This document shows positions 20,359 through 31,200 of a DNA stretch of 64,000 nucleotides, in pieces. Both the position numbers and the translations under genes were made by a program. The notes under the pieces are model-generated. The model saw only the letters and a program-made list of their open reading frames with translations, was not told the DNA's origin and did no database searches. Origin of the DNA: an uncultured Chloroflexia bacterium (GTDB taxonomy: Bacteria > Chloroflexota > Limnocylindria > Limnocylindrales > CSP1-4); the NCBI GenBank assembly GCA_963712745.1, contig CAVQJC010000005.1, positions 160,001 through 224,000 on the forward strand. Direction: 5' to 3'. How positions within the stretch are numbered: the first letter of the stretch is position 1; each line of letters begins with the position of its first letter.

Positions 20359-21772
20359 CGGCGTCTCGAACTCGGTCCAGCTCACTCGCGAGCTCGGCGT
20401 ACACGAAGTCTCGTGAGAGCACCCTGGAGGCGGTCTCGTGCAGGAGCAGGAGACGCGAGTGGTCAGGACGCTCTGACAGGGCTCGCGCGACAAGTGTCGA
20501 GAATGCAGCCCAGTCCGACGCGATGAGGCAGAACCTGCGGAGCTCGAATCCGATTCCCTCTGCGCCCGTCGGGAAGGAAACCACCGTTCGCAGGTGCGCA
20601 AGAGCCTCGACCGTCTTGATCTTGAGCCCGGAGCCTGCCTCCGCGGGGTTCACGACCACGCGGGCATCGCGGTAGGCCCGGTCAAGGCTCTCGGGTCGCC
20701 CCAGGCGCACGACGCCGGGCTCGTCGCCTCGAAGGTCATCTCCGATCGATCCGGCGACGCAGAGGGTCGCGCCCGGGACAAGCCGAAGTACCCGCGGCCA
20801 AGCTTCACGAAGGAACCCGGCAAGCCCCATCCGGTTCAGCGGATTGCCCGATCCCACCACGAGCACGACCGGCTCTCTCGGCCACGGCCCGATCGCCGAG
20901 ACTGGAAAGTCGACGCCGGTCGTTATGACACGCGCACGCGGGGAGAGGCGGCGAAGCCCGTCCGCCTCTTCGGGCTGGATGGCGATGACGATGTCGGCGT
21001 CGGCCAGGAGGATCGATTCCTGCTCGGCACTCATCGAGAGATGATCATCGATGCCCTCGGGCGGTCGCGCCGAGAACACGTCGTGTGTGTCCACCATGCG
21101 AACCGGACCTGCTCCGAGAAACGGCAGCGCCCTGGTCATGAACACATAGGTAGACATGAGCACAGCGGGCTTCAACTGCTGCTCAAGCACGCGGAGCACG
21201 TCAACCAGGATGTCCGGACAGTAGGTCTTCGTGGTGCGCTCCAGGCCGTCCGCACCGGCCACGCGCTCCAGTCGGCGGTCTTCATGTGCCCGCACGGTGT
21301 GACCGTCCAGGCGCGACAGGGCCGCGGATACGGCGGCTTCCTGGGTTCGCACGACAACCTCCCCATCCCGGCGAACGAGGGCGGCCTCGGGATGGCGTCG
21401 GAACAATTCGCGGGCTTCGTGTTCGGTGGGCTCCTCCCCCTCCAGTGGGCAGCAGACCAACACCACCCGCCACCCCTGCTGACGTAGCCATCGCAGCAGG
21501 CGATCCTGGCGGACCTCGTTGCCCGCACGCGGCGACCACGCCGGCACGTGCGTCCAGCAAAGGATGACTGGCGCCGGCTGAGGCTCTCTGTCGTGCGGCC
21601 GTGGCGGAACTTCGATGGCGTGGACCTTCAGGGCCCGTCCCAGGGCCGCATGCCGGTCATCGTCCCCAAGGTCTTGCGGCATCCGACAAACCTCCGAGCG
21701 CCTCGCAGGCTCGAGGCGAGCCGCGAGTAGCACACTGACCAGGTTCTGAAGCTCGGCCACGCTGGTCCCCAC
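20348..21772 (-). CDS. Glycosyltransferase family 4
   Basis: PRAGNEVR, VDTHDVFS, IAIQPEE, GSGLKIKTVEAL. Alternative start ATG 21682. Confidence 0.85.
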   Translation of the reverse strand: MGTSVAELQNLVSVLLAARLEPARRSEVCRMPQDLGDDDRHAALGRALKVHAIEVPPRPHDREPQPAPVILCWTHVPAWSPRAGNEVRQDRLLRWLRQQGWRVVLVCCPLEGEEPTEHEARELFRRHPEAALVRRDGEVVVRTQEAAVSAALSRLDGHTVRAHEDRRLERVAGADGLERTTKTYCPDILVDVLRVLEQQLKPAVLMSTYVFMTRALPFLGAGPVRMVDTHDVFSARPPEGIDDHLSMSAEQESILLADADIVIAIQPEEADGLRRLSPRARVITTGVDFPVSAIGPWPREPVVLVVGSGNPLNRMGLAGFLREAWPRVLRLVPGATLCVAGSIGDDLRGDEPGVVRLGRPESLDRAYRDARVVVNPAEAGSGLKIKTVEALAHLRTVVSFPTGAEGIGFELRRFCLIASDWAAFSTLVARALSERPDHSRLLLLHETASRVLSRDFVYAELASELDRVRDAARR

Positions 21773-21982
21773 TGCTGAGCAACATGGCTGATCCTGACAG
21801 GGTATCCCGTATGGGCCACGAAACGACGCTTCGCGGGTTGTGTGGATGAGTAGCAGTCTTCAGCCCTGCCCTATCGTCTCTGCTATGGAACTGACGAGCG
21901 CCGCGGGTGCCAAGGACTTGTTGCGGCCACTCCTGGGGGCCAACGGGTGGCTGCCATGGGAGAGTGGCGCTGACTGCGCGAG

Positions 21983-23626
21983 GTGGCATCGATGTCGATG
22001 ATCAAGCGCATATCCCAGCGACGAGCACCCCCTGGCAGCCGCCGCACACCCATCACGGGCCGAAGGCCTCCGCTTGCCGACATCGTGGAGTCGGATCCGA
22101 GGCTCACCGGGATGCTCCAGGACCTCGACATCGAGCTGGTCTTCGCCTTCCTCAAGCATCCGGTCAAGGTCATCGGGACGCAGGCGGAGACGCTCTTCCC
22201 CGAGGTTGACGAAGGAACGCACCAACGGTTGCGCCAACGACGTGCCTACCTGGTGATCGATCAGAGCAACGAAGGCTATCGGCACGTTGCCGAGTTCTCC
22301 GAGCTCCTGCACGCGTGGTGCCGGCTTCGCGCTGTGCCTCCGTCGACCCTGCTCTACGTGACGGCAAACACTGCGTACGCCCGCCAGTACCACGAGTGGT
22401 GCGATGAGACCAATCAGGCCGAGCGCATATCGCATCTCCATTTCAATGCGTATGTCCACGAGGTGGCGCTGGCGAACTCGATGATGCCTGAGACGGCGGA
22501 CGGAACACGGCTGCTGCACCGCCATCCGCGCACGCACAGGTTCCTGAGCTTCAATCACGCCCCACGACCTGAGCGGATCCTTCTCGCTGCCCAGTTGCTG
22601 AGCGTCGATCCACCCGATGCCCTCGTATCCCTCGGCACTGGCAAGGGCACCATCGCAGCCGCCGCATCGGTCAAGCAGGCGATGAAGCGCTATGGCCGTG
22701 GGCGACTGCTGCGTCAGCACCGGGGCCTCTTCGGCCGACTCGAGTTCGATGTCCTCCAGTCGCGTACGACACTGCCCGAACCGGAACCCACCCGAGGTGA
22801 GCCGCTCTACCGGGACTTCGCGCTGCAGGAGTACGCGAGAAGCTACGTCAGTGTCGTGACTGAAACAGAGATGACGGGAGGGAGTATCCGACGGGTCACC
22901 GAGAAGACGGTCAAGCCTTTCCTCTTCGGTCACCTTGCCGTCTTGGTGGGCAATCCCGGAGCGCTGGACCTGGTCCGAGGGATGGGGTTCAGCACCTTTC
23001 ACCCCATCATCGATGAGGGCTACGACAAGATCACTGATCCTCTTGACCGCCTCTGTGCGGTGATATGCGAGGTCGACCGACTACGAGGCATCGGGGTGAC
23101 CGAGCTTCACGCGCGCTTCCTGGAGCTCGAGGAGGTCAGGCGAGCGAATCTCCGCCTGGGACACGATGTGCTCGCGCGCCGCCTGGCAGCCGAAGCATGC
23201 AGCGCAGTGACACGCCGTCTGCTCGATGGAGCGCCGGAAAGCAGGATCCTCCTAGGCGACTGCTCCGCGGGAGCGAGAGATGTCCTTGGCCATCTCGTAC
23301 AACTGAACGTCGAGCCGGTTCAACTCTCGGAGCCTTGCGAGAACGTGCGGGTCGATGCTGTCGAGAGCAGGTCTCTTGCGGTTCACGTTCGTCCGCGGCA
23401 CCGAAGGCAACGCCCGTCCGGTGATGCGCTCGATGACCGGCCCGCTCGTGTCCAGCTCGTCGGTCACGAGCACTGTGGCGAAGTCACGATCTATGTGCAC
23501 CACGGCCTCGTCCAGCAAGTCGTCCGGGCAGTCGCCGAAGCGGAGCCCTGCTCGTGCTGCGATGTTGCGGGTCATCCCATTGTCGACGGCAAGCCGCCGC
23601 TGCCCGAAGACCCAGTCCTCCAATGA
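21983..23626 (+). CDS. Hypothetical glycosyltransferase-like protein (TEKTxKP / GFxTF / IDExYD family); true stop probably TAG 23253-23255
   Basis: FLSFNHAPRPER, VSVVTETE, VTEKTVKPF, GFSTFHPIIDEGYD. The last ~125 codons run antisense into the next gene. Confidence 0.65.
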   Translation: MASMSMIKRISQRRAPPGSRRTPITGRRPPLADIVESDPRLTGMLQDLDIELVFAFLKHPVKVIGTQAETLFPEVDEGTHQRLRQRRAYLVIDQSNEGYRHVAEFSELLHAWCRLRAVPPSTLLYVTANTAYARQYHEWCDETNQAERISHLHFNAYVHEVALANSMMPETADGTRLLHRHPRTHRFLSFNHAPRPERILLAAQLLSVDPPDALVSLGTGKGTIAAAASVKQAMKRYGRGRLLRQHRGLFGRLEFDVLQSRTTLPEPEPTRGEPLYRDFALQEYARSYVSVVTETEMTGGSIRRVTEKTVKPFLFGHLAVLVGNPGALDLVRGMGFSTFHPIIDEGYDKITDPLDRLCAVICEVDRLRGIGVTELHARFLELEEVRRANLRLGHDVLARRLAAEACSAVTRRLLDGAPESRILLGDCSAGARDVLGHLVQLNVEPVQLSEPCENVRVDAVESRSLAVHVRPRHRRQRPSGDALDDRPARVQLVGHEHCGEVTIYVHHGLVQQVVRAVAEAEPCSCCDVAGHPIVDGKPPLPEDPVLQ

Positions 23627-24847
23627 GATCTCCTCGCGGAGGATGCGGGCCTGTTCCTCACGGGCATCGCCAGCTCGTCGGACCCCAGGGATGGGAAGTC
23701 GTCTGAGCCACATGCGTCGGAGGTGCAGGTAGTGGTAGTAGAGGGAAACGACCCGCTCGACCGGATCGCGGATGACCGTGATGTAGCGGAATGGCCGTCC
23801 GAGCCCCTTGTGGAGTCCGTAGCGAAAGTGACCCATGACCAAGCGGAGCCCGATGCGCCGTTCGGCTGACAGCTCCCCGAATTCGTCCTGTCGAACGGCG
23901 AGTCGGAGGTCGGCAGGGTCGTAGATGAAGACCCGCTCATGGTCGGCATACGCGCGCGAGAGTGAGCGGCGAAGGGACGTGCCGCCAGTCTTGGCGATGT
24001 GCATGAACAGCAGCGTGCGGTCACCCACAGCGATGTCGTGGGCGTGGCGGGCCGCGCGGAGACGTCGTGGCCGCGCCGCGGCCGACGGTAACGGCTTCGT
24101 CGAGGCGCGTGGCTCAGACACCGCGTGCACCGAGGCGACAGACTCTGCTTCTCGTTCCGCGAGCTTTCTGAAGAATGCGACGTCGAGTCGATTGAGCTCC
24201 GCGAGACGATCCCTGGCCCGACCATCCAGGCTCCCGGGCAGCGAGCGTTCAGTGCCCGCGTTCACTCGTCCGAGCGGGGGGACCTCCACGCCGACCAGTC
24301 GGGTGAGTGTGCGTCGGGCCTCAGTCATCCGTCCAAGCACCATGACGGCATCGAACGACGCCTCGACGTGCTCGAGGGCCTCTTGAAGCATGTCATCGGG
24401 ACAATCGCCGAATGGGCGCGCGTCCCCGCCCGCGATGAGCCGCACCATCCCGTTGTTGGCTCCGACCGGCTGCACATGGTCCAGCCACTCCAGGATGGAT
24501 GGCTGTTCGGCGGACGCGTCCGCACCATCGACTCCCGCTCGATACATCGACAGGACTCGGCCGAGCGGGTTCCGAATGGTCGTCACGTATCGCGATGGGC
24601 TCGGCACATGCTCGTGCAAGCCGTACGAGAACTCGCCGATGACAACGCGAGGACGCGCCCTGACCGACTCAGGGAGCGATGCAAAGCTGCCTGGCTCCGT
24701 CGCGCCAGGTACCTGCGACGGGTCGTAGAGCAGCTGACACTCCTCGGGTCGGCAGACCGCTGTCAGCGCCGCACGGATGGATCCCCCGGCCGTTCTGGGG
24801 ATGTGCAAGTACAGGAGCGTACGTCGTCGGTCACTCACGACATCCAT
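23252..24847 (-). CDS. Tandem two-domain sulfotransferase (Sulfotransfer_2 / Gal-3-O-ST-like)
   Basis: Two copies: LHIPRTAGGS..RNPLGRVLS..LNRLDV and MHIAKTGGTS..RDPVERVVSLY..LNRLDV. Confidence 0.85.
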   Translation of the reverse strand: MDVVSDRRRTLLYLHIPRTAGGSIRAALTAVCRPEECQLLYDPSQVPGATEPGSFASLPESVRARPRVVIGEFSYGLHEHVPSPSRYVTTIRNPLGRVLSMYRAGVDGADASAEQPSILEWLDHVQPVGANNGMVRLIAGGDARPFGDCPDDMLQEALEHVEASFDAVMVLGRMTEARRTLTRLVGVEVPPLGRVNAGTERSLPGSLDGRARDRLAELNRLDVAFFRKLAEREAESVASVHAVSEPRASTKPLPSAAARPRRLRAARHAHDIAVGDRTLLFMHIAKTGGTSLRRSLSRAYADHERVFIYDPADLRLAVRQDEFGELSAERRIGLRLVMGHFRYGLHKGLGRPFRYITVIRDPVERVVSLYYHYLHLRRMWLRRLPIPGVRRAGDAREEQARILREEISLEDWVFGQRRLAVDNGMTRNIAARAGLRFGDCPDDLLDEAVVHIDRDFATVLVTDELDTSGPVIERITGRALPSVPRTNVNRKRPALDSIDPHVLARLRELNRLDVQLYEMAKDISRSRGAVA

Positions 24848-25656
24848 CTCGCGTGGAGCGCGGGGAACCGCTCGACCATGAGATCGAACAAACGGGCATC
24901 GAGATGGTTGAGCTCAAGGAGGCGCCGACGCAGTGCAGGTTCCAGCGATGTCACGGGCTCGCGCCCCGAATTGGCATTGACCCGCGGAACGGAGGGAAGC
25001 GGCCGACCGACGATGTGCCCGAGGATCTCCGCGCTCTCCCGCATGCGCCCGCGGATGAGTACCGCATCGAAGTACTCGTCGATGACCGCGATCGCTTGGC
25101 TTAGCATCTCATCCGTACAGGCTCCGTACTCGACGGGCGGGTGGCCCAGCAGCTGGCGCAGCATCCCGTTGTCGACCTCCCGGCGACCCGCGTCGAATGC
25201 CCACTCCTCGAGCGTGAGATCACCGCGACTGATGGCGGCGTGCTCAGACGCTTCGCGGCTGCCCGGGGGAGGTGATGCGCGAAGCTTGAAGTGGAAGTAC
25301 AGCGACGCCACCCGGTCGACCGGGCCGCGGAGCATGGTCACGTAGCGTGCCGGACGAGGGATCGCGGAATGGATGCCGAAGGCGAAGTGGCCCATGACCA
25401 GGCCGAATCCTGCCCGCTGTCTGGCTGGCAGCTGGTCGAACTGGCGGCGGCTGACCGCACCCGCCAGTTGGGAGCCGTCGTACACGTACGACCTCGCGGC
25501 AGGCTCGTAGAGCGTCTCGAGCGCATGTCGAAGCGAGGTACCGGCGGTCTTCGGGATGTGCATGAACAGCAGCGTCGGCCGCCCCGCTGTCGGTGCAGCC
25601 GGAGGCACGTCATCGGCGTCTCCATCGCTGGATCGATGCGCCGCCGCGTCCGTCAT
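24835..25656 (-). CDS. Sulfotransferase family 2
   Basis: FMHIPKTAGTS, RGPVDRVASLY, LNHLDA. Confidence 0.85.
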   Translation of the reverse strand: MTDAAAHRSSDGDADDVPPAAPTAGRPTLLFMHIPKTAGTSLRHALETLYEPAARSYVYDGSQLAGAVSRRQFDQLPARQRAGFGLVMGHFAFGIHSAIPRPARYVTMLRGPVDRVASLYFHFKLRASPPPGSREASEHAAISRGDLTLEEWAFDAGRREVDNGMLRQLLGHPPVEYGACTDEMLSQAIAVIDEYFDAVLIRGRMRESAEILGHIVGRPLPSVPRVNANSGREPVTSLEPALRRRLLELNHLDARLFDLMVERFPALHARWMS

Positions 25657-25724
25657 ACTCACACGATACGACAGGCGAGAGCGCGAACGCCGACGCTCCT
25701 CTCGCCCAAGCCGCAACAGGATCA

Positions 25725-26567
25725 ATGCACGAACCGGCCACCCAGTCCGTCATCAGCAAGATCAGCCCTCCGAACCGCTGGCCGGGTCTCGGTCTCCGTG
25801 AGCTATGGAGGACAAGGCGCGTCCTGTTCGTGCTGGCCCGGCGGCAGTTCATGGCGCGGTACAGCAACGCCATCCTCGGCGTAGCGTGGGTGCTGCTGGA
25901 GCCGTTCCTGCTGACGGTCATCATCACGGTCCTGCTCGGGATGGTCCTCGGCAGAGGCGATCGCTACGGCCTTCCGTTTCCCGTCTTCATCTTCATCGGG
26001 TGGCTCGGCATCCGCGTCTGGAGCCGAGTCGTAAGCCAAGGCAGCTCCAGCATCCGCAGCAACGGCACGCTCGTGGAGCGCGTGTTCCTGCCTCGTGCGT
26101 TCTTCCCGCTGTCGGTGGCATTGGTGAGCCTGGTCGACTGGTTCTTCATGGTGCTGGCACTCTTCGGCCTGCTGATCTGGTATGGCATCGTGCCCGGCGT
26201 AGGCATGTTCACGCTGCCTCTGTTGCTCTCGATCTTGTACGCATTCGGCCTCGGCCTTGCGTTCCTCTTCGCCGCATCATCCCTGAGCTTTCCTGACGTG
26301 GAGTTCGTTCGCGGGCTCTTCGTCCGCGCCTGGTTCTGGCTGTCGCCGGTCATCTACCCGAGCACGATGGTGCCGGAGCAGTGGCGCAACCTCTACTACC
26401 TGAACCCGATGGCAGTGGTCATCGACGGGTTCCGCTGGGCCTTCGCTCAGGGTCCGGCGCCGCCACTGCAAGAGTGGTTGATCGGGGGCGCGAGTGCGGC
26501 GGTCGTCCTAGCGCTCGGGTATGTCTACTTCCGGCGGCGCGAGCCGTACTTCGCGGATCTGCTATGA
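25725..26567 (+). CDS. wzm: Polysaccharide ABC transporter permease
   Basis: ARYSNAILGVAWVLLEP, LSPVIYP, YLNPMAVVIDGFR; about six TM segments. Confidence 0.9.
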   Translation: MHEPATQSVISKISPPNRWPGLGLRELWRTRRVLFVLARRQFMARYSNAILGVAWVLLEPFLLTVIITVLLGMVLGRGDRYGLPFPVFIFIGWLGIRVWSRVVSQGSSSIRSNGTLVERVFLPRAFFPLSVALVSLVDWFFMVLALFGLLIWYGIVPGVGMFTLPLLLSILYAFGLGLAFLFAASSLSFPDVEFVRGLFVRAWFWLSPVIYPSTMVPEQWRNLYYLNPMAVVIDGFRWAFAQGPAPPLQEWLIGGASAAVVLALGYVYFRRREPYFADLL

Positions 26568-27352
26568 CAGCGTCCACGACAAGTGACACGCGGGCGATCC
26601 TCGCCCGCGGACTGGGAAAGCGGTACCGGGTCAGACGCGCACGCAGCCGGTCTCCTTCTGGCGATGCTGACCCGGCCGAGCAGGACGGCAGGTCCGAGAA
26701 GGGCAGCCGCTGGTTCTGGGCGCTGCGCCACGTGGACTTCCAGGTCCGCCGCGGGGAGATCTTCGGGGTCATCGGGCGGAACGGCTCCGGCAAGACGACG
26801 TTGCTGAAGATCCTCGCGGGTGTCACGAGCCCGACCGGGGGTTCGGCGGAGATGCGCGGCCGTGTCACGGCGCTGCTACAGGTCGGCGCCGGCTTCCATC
26901 CCCAGCTCACCGGCCGCGACAACATCGCCCTGAATGGGGCGATCATGGGCCTGAGCGCCAATGAGGTGCGCGAGCGCTTCGACGAGATCGTGGCCTTCAG
27001 CGAGATAGGGCGGTTCCTCGATGAGCCGGTCAAGCACTACTCCAGCGGCATGTACGCTCGCCTCGCATTCAGCGTGTCCGCCTTCCTGCCCGCCGAGATC
27101 ATGCTCGTGGACGAGATCCTCGCGGTGGGCGATGCCGCCTTCAAAGAGAAGGCGGAAGCACGCATGTCGGAGACGCTGAATGACGGTAGAGCGGTCGTCT
27201 ACGTCGGCCACGACATCGCTTTCGTGCGCTCGAACTGTGAGCACGCGCTGGTGTTGGACGCCGGCCGGGTGGTATACGACGGGGCTGCGAACGCGGCGGC
27301 CGACTACTACCGAGACGAGATCGTGCGGCGCCGGCCGGGGAGTGCGAGGTGA
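26564..27352 (+). CDS. wzt: Polysaccharide ABC transporter ATPase (no C-terminal carbohydrate-binding domain)
   Basis: GRNGSGKTT, YSSGMYARLAFS, VDEILAVGDAAF; ATGA overlap with wzm. Confidence 0.92.
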   Translation: MTASTTSDTRAILARGLGKRYRVRRARSRSPSGDADPAEQDGRSEKGSRWFWALRHVDFQVRRGEIFGVIGRNGSGKTTLLKILAGVTSPTGGSAEMRGRVTALLQVGAGFHPQLTGRDNIALNGAIMGLSANEVRERFDEIVAFSEIGRFLDEPVKHYSSGMYARLAFSVSAFLPAEIMLVDEILAVGDAAFKEKAEARMSETLNDGRAVVYVGHDIAFVRSNCEHALVLDAGRVVYDGAANAAADYYRDEIVRRRPGSAR

Positions 27353-28206
27353 GGCTGAGAAGCCCCCGCAACGACTGCCTCAGGCGACTCGAGCAGCCGC
27401 CGATCCCGCTCGTCTCCCAGACGCTTGACATCGCTGTCCTGTGGAGCGCGAAGGCAGGGTGCACGTTCGCCGTCAAGTGGATCTACTTCCAGGAGGGCGT
27501 CCTTGACGAGGCCCTCGACTATGCCTACTGGCCGCATCAGTACCGCCAGCACGTCTTCTACAAGCGAGAGGCCTATGCCGAGGCGCTTCACAGCATCCCG
27601 TCACTCGGGCCTCGAGCCATCAAGTTCGTGCGCAACCCATTCGACCGGGCGGTGAGTGCGTACCTCGCGTTCTGTCAAGCGGCGGCGAACATGAGCTTCA
27701 CCCAGCACCCGAAGGTCCTAGAAGCGATCGGGAAACATCTCGGCCGACCCGTCGGCCGAGGCGAACTCTTCTCCTTTCGGGAGTACGTGAGCTTCCTGGC
27801 GTCCGTGGACCTCGATGTCGCCGACATCCACATCCGCCGCCAGGTCCATCCCTGCGAGGCCATCGAGGCCCTGCCGGATATGACCGTGCTGCGTGTCGAG
27901 GACAGCACGGAACGGCTTCCCATTGTGGAGGATCAGCTGGGTCTGCGCCGTAGCGATCAGCGATATCTGCGCCGATCGCAGCACCACACCGAACGCCTGA
28001 CGAGCGCTGCGTTCGCCGGCGATGAACGGTTCGGCGAGACGGTCGGTGTGCCGGTAGCCCCAACGGGTGCGTTCTTCGATGATGAGCTGGTGGCAGCAGT
28101 CTCCGACCTCTACGCGATCGACATCGAGTCATACGGCTACCCGGCACCCCAGACGGGCCCCGAGGACGTCAAGCTCCTGACGCCGATCCGATCCGCGAAG
28201 CGATGA
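27349..28206 (+). CDS. Sulfotransferase family 2 (HNK-1/carbohydrate-ST-like)
   Basis: WSAKAGCTF, FVRNPFDRAVSAY, DIHIRRQ, LYAIDIESYGY. Confidence 0.8.
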   Translation: MRLRSPRNDCLRRLEQPPIPLVSQTLDIAVLWSAKAGCTFAVKWIYFQEGVLDEALDYAYWPHQYRQHVFYKREAYAEALHSIPSLGPRAIKFVRNPFDRAVSAYLAFCQAAANMSFTQHPKVLEAIGKHLGRPVGRGELFSFREYVSFLASVDLDVADIHIRRQVHPCEAIEALPDMTVLRVEDSTERLPIVEDQLGLRRSDQRYLRRSQHHTERLTSAAFAGDERFGETVGVPVAPTGAFFDDELVAAVSDLYAIDIESYGYPAPQTGPEDVKLLTPIRSAKR

Positions 28207-31200
28207 TCGATCCGACGACCGCCGCGCTGTTGCGCTCACGTATCGCCTTGTACCCGGCGGTGCCAAGGTGTGCGCGCAGATCGACGTCGGCTCGCAAGCG
28301 CTCCAGCCACCGCGCAGCGTCGTCGATATCCGGCTCCGCCCACCGCTGCCCGGCTTCGTAGGGCCCGCGGGTACGCTCGAGCTCCACGAGACGGTAGGCA
28401 ACGCATGCCGCCGTACCGTCACTCGTGAAGTCCATGTTCCCAGACCAGCCAGTGGCAACGACAGGGACGCCCATCGCCATCGCCTCTGCCATCGGCAGGC
28501 CGAAACCTTCGGAGCGGTGGAGCGATACGAAGACATCGGACCGTGCGATGAGCGAATCCATCTCGGCCCTGGAGAAGACATCGACGATGATGCGGATGTT
28601 CGGACGACCAGCGACCCGGGCGCGCAGCATGGAGACCTCTCTGGCGCCGGCAGAATTGACCTTCAAGACGAGCATCACGCCATCGTCGTCTGGGTCGAAC
28701 GCGCGCGTGAACGCGTCGATGGCACCCTCAGGGTTCTTGCGTTCCATGACGCTCTGCGTGTCATACATCGAGAGGAAGAGGGAGGCGTCCTCCGGCAGTC
28801 CGAAATACCCCCGCTCTCGGAATGGGCCGGTCGGAGTACGCACCACGTGGGGCACCACGTGAACGGGAACCGGTGCGACCGCAGCTACGGCCTCGCGAAC
28901 GAACACTGACGGCACCCAGACTTCCTCGACGAGGGAGAAGGAGCCGTGCCAAGCTTCCGGGAACTCGGGCAGTTCCCAAGTCCAGTAGCCGATGTTGCGG
29001 CGGCCGTCCCTGAGCCCTTCGGGCATGTGCTGCAACGCACGCGGAAGGACGTCGGCGTTCACGTGGATGATGTTGGTGTGGAAGACCGGATCATCCACGA
29101 TCTTGTGAGACCAGCTGGTATCGCCGAATCGCGCCGGACTGCCGAACATGTGGTCGATGGCGACGAACGGCACGTCCGCCTCGGTCAATGCGAGGGCATC
29201 TCCACGAACAGCCTCGCCGAGCCCCATCTCGGCTCGGAGGTATCCCACGAGGTTCACCCCATCCGAGGGTGAGACACGACGTGCCGAATCCTTTCGCGCA
29301 GATACGCGGCCCCAGTCCAGGCTGGCATCGGGGCGATCCTGGGCGAGGTTGGGATTGTGGTGGGGATCCCCGCGTTCGAGCAGGTCTGACCAGAGCTCCC
29401 AAATACGGTTCTCGTCGAGTGAATAGTCGATGCCGGAGCGTGACTGGCTCTCCCGATGAACCAGGCGGCTGCGGGGCTCAACCAGCAGTCGCCTGCCGGT
29501 CCGAGCGATGCGGAGACACAGGTCGACGTCGTTCCCCGTCACCGCAAGGCTCTCATCGAAGCCGTTGACCTTGTCGAAGACCGCTCGCCGCACCATGAGA
29601 CACGCTCCGGTCAGCGATGTCACCTCCCGCGTTACGTGCTGGAGGTCGAGGTAGAGGCCCTGATCCGGATCCATGCCATGAAACAGATGTATGGCACCAC
29701 CTCCGTGCCCCACCAGGAATACTCCGAGGTGCTGGACGGTGCCATCCGGGTAGGTCAGGAGCGACCCTACGGCGCCGACCTCCTCTCGCAACGCGTGCCG
29801 CACGAGACCTGTCAACCAGTCCGGATCACGAACCTCGATATCGTCGTTGAGGAAGAGGAGCATCTCGCCCTTCGCGAGACGCGCTCCGTCGTTGTTGAGC
29901 TTCGCCCAGTTGAACGGTTCGTCACGTTCGATGATGGTGACGTCCTCGCCGCGAAGGAAGGCGATGCCATCAGGGTGGTGTCCGCGGCTGTTATCGACGA
30001 AGATCAGCTCGATGTTCTGGTAGGAAGTCCGATGGAGTGAAGCCACCGTCTCCGCGACGAACTCCAGACGCCCCGTCGTCGGGATGATGACCGAGACCAG
30101 GGGCTCGGCAGTGAGAGGCCACTCGACAGAGCGGACGACATCATCCGGTCCCACGTGCACGGTCCGGACGTCCGCAGTCACCCCCAACTCGCCGAGGATG
30201 TCGACGACAGCGTCGAGCTCAGCTACCGCATCGGCTTCTGACGGGTCTCCCAGCGGACGTGACCAGAGAACCGCTGGCACGTGAGCGATCGCCCCGCGTG
30301 CGGCAGATAGTCGAAGTAGCAGCCCGTATCGCCATGATCGTGGTGGGGACTCAACAGATCGAGGTAGGGCGTCCCGCAGTGCTCGACCGTCACGAGCGAG
30401 GTAGAAGCCGCCGACGTAATCCTGCGAGAGGAAACGGTCTGGGGACCAGTCGGGGACGAACCAGGGCCTGACGTGCCGCCCCGTGTCGTCGATCGAATCG
30501 TGGTCGGAGTAGACGACCAAGGGATCGGCCACTGCATCTTGCGCCACCATCTGCCAGAGCGCCGCCGGGGCGAGTCGGTCACCCGCTTCGATGAACCCGA
30601 CCATACGGCTCGGTGCGACGTCGTCGGGCAACGCCTCGTGCAGGATCGACGAAACAGTGGCCCGGAGTCCGGTCGAGGCCAATACCGTTTCCGCCTCGCG
30701 CACGGAGGCCCGATCGACGACGATCTCGCACGACAGCGACGGATACCCCTGCTTCCGGATGGACCTCAGGCTCCCACCTAGCTTGTCGAGGTCTCGAGCG
30801 ACCACGACGATGTGAACGTCAGGGGTGCCCCGCCTCTTGAGGGAATCGGCCAAGTGATGTATCTCGCCATCGGTCGGGAGCGCGCGCTCCCAGTAGTGGT
30901 GGTAAAGCGAATCCGGACGGACGCGCCGAAACGAACTGATGAGGACCCGCGTCGCTCCGCGTGGGTCTCGAAGGACGACCTGCAGGGATCGCTTCCCTGG
31001 CTCGATGTCACGGAGCGATACGCGCGCGCTGAACCCGCTGACCGCAGCTTCTTCGGACTTCCGGTTGGCCATCCCGACATCAGGTCGCGGCTGACCTGTG
31101 ACGCAGTCAGCGACGTGCCTATGGTCGATGTAGACCGTGCCGCTCACCTGCGAGCCAGGCGAGTACGCCCACCCTGCGACCAGCATGTGGCCCATCGCCT

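Noticed and set aside
23256-23626. Genuine 375-bp convergent gene overlap
   Set aside because: A TAG one base out of frame overlaps the opposing stop (CTAG), so the extension is more likely an indel artefact.
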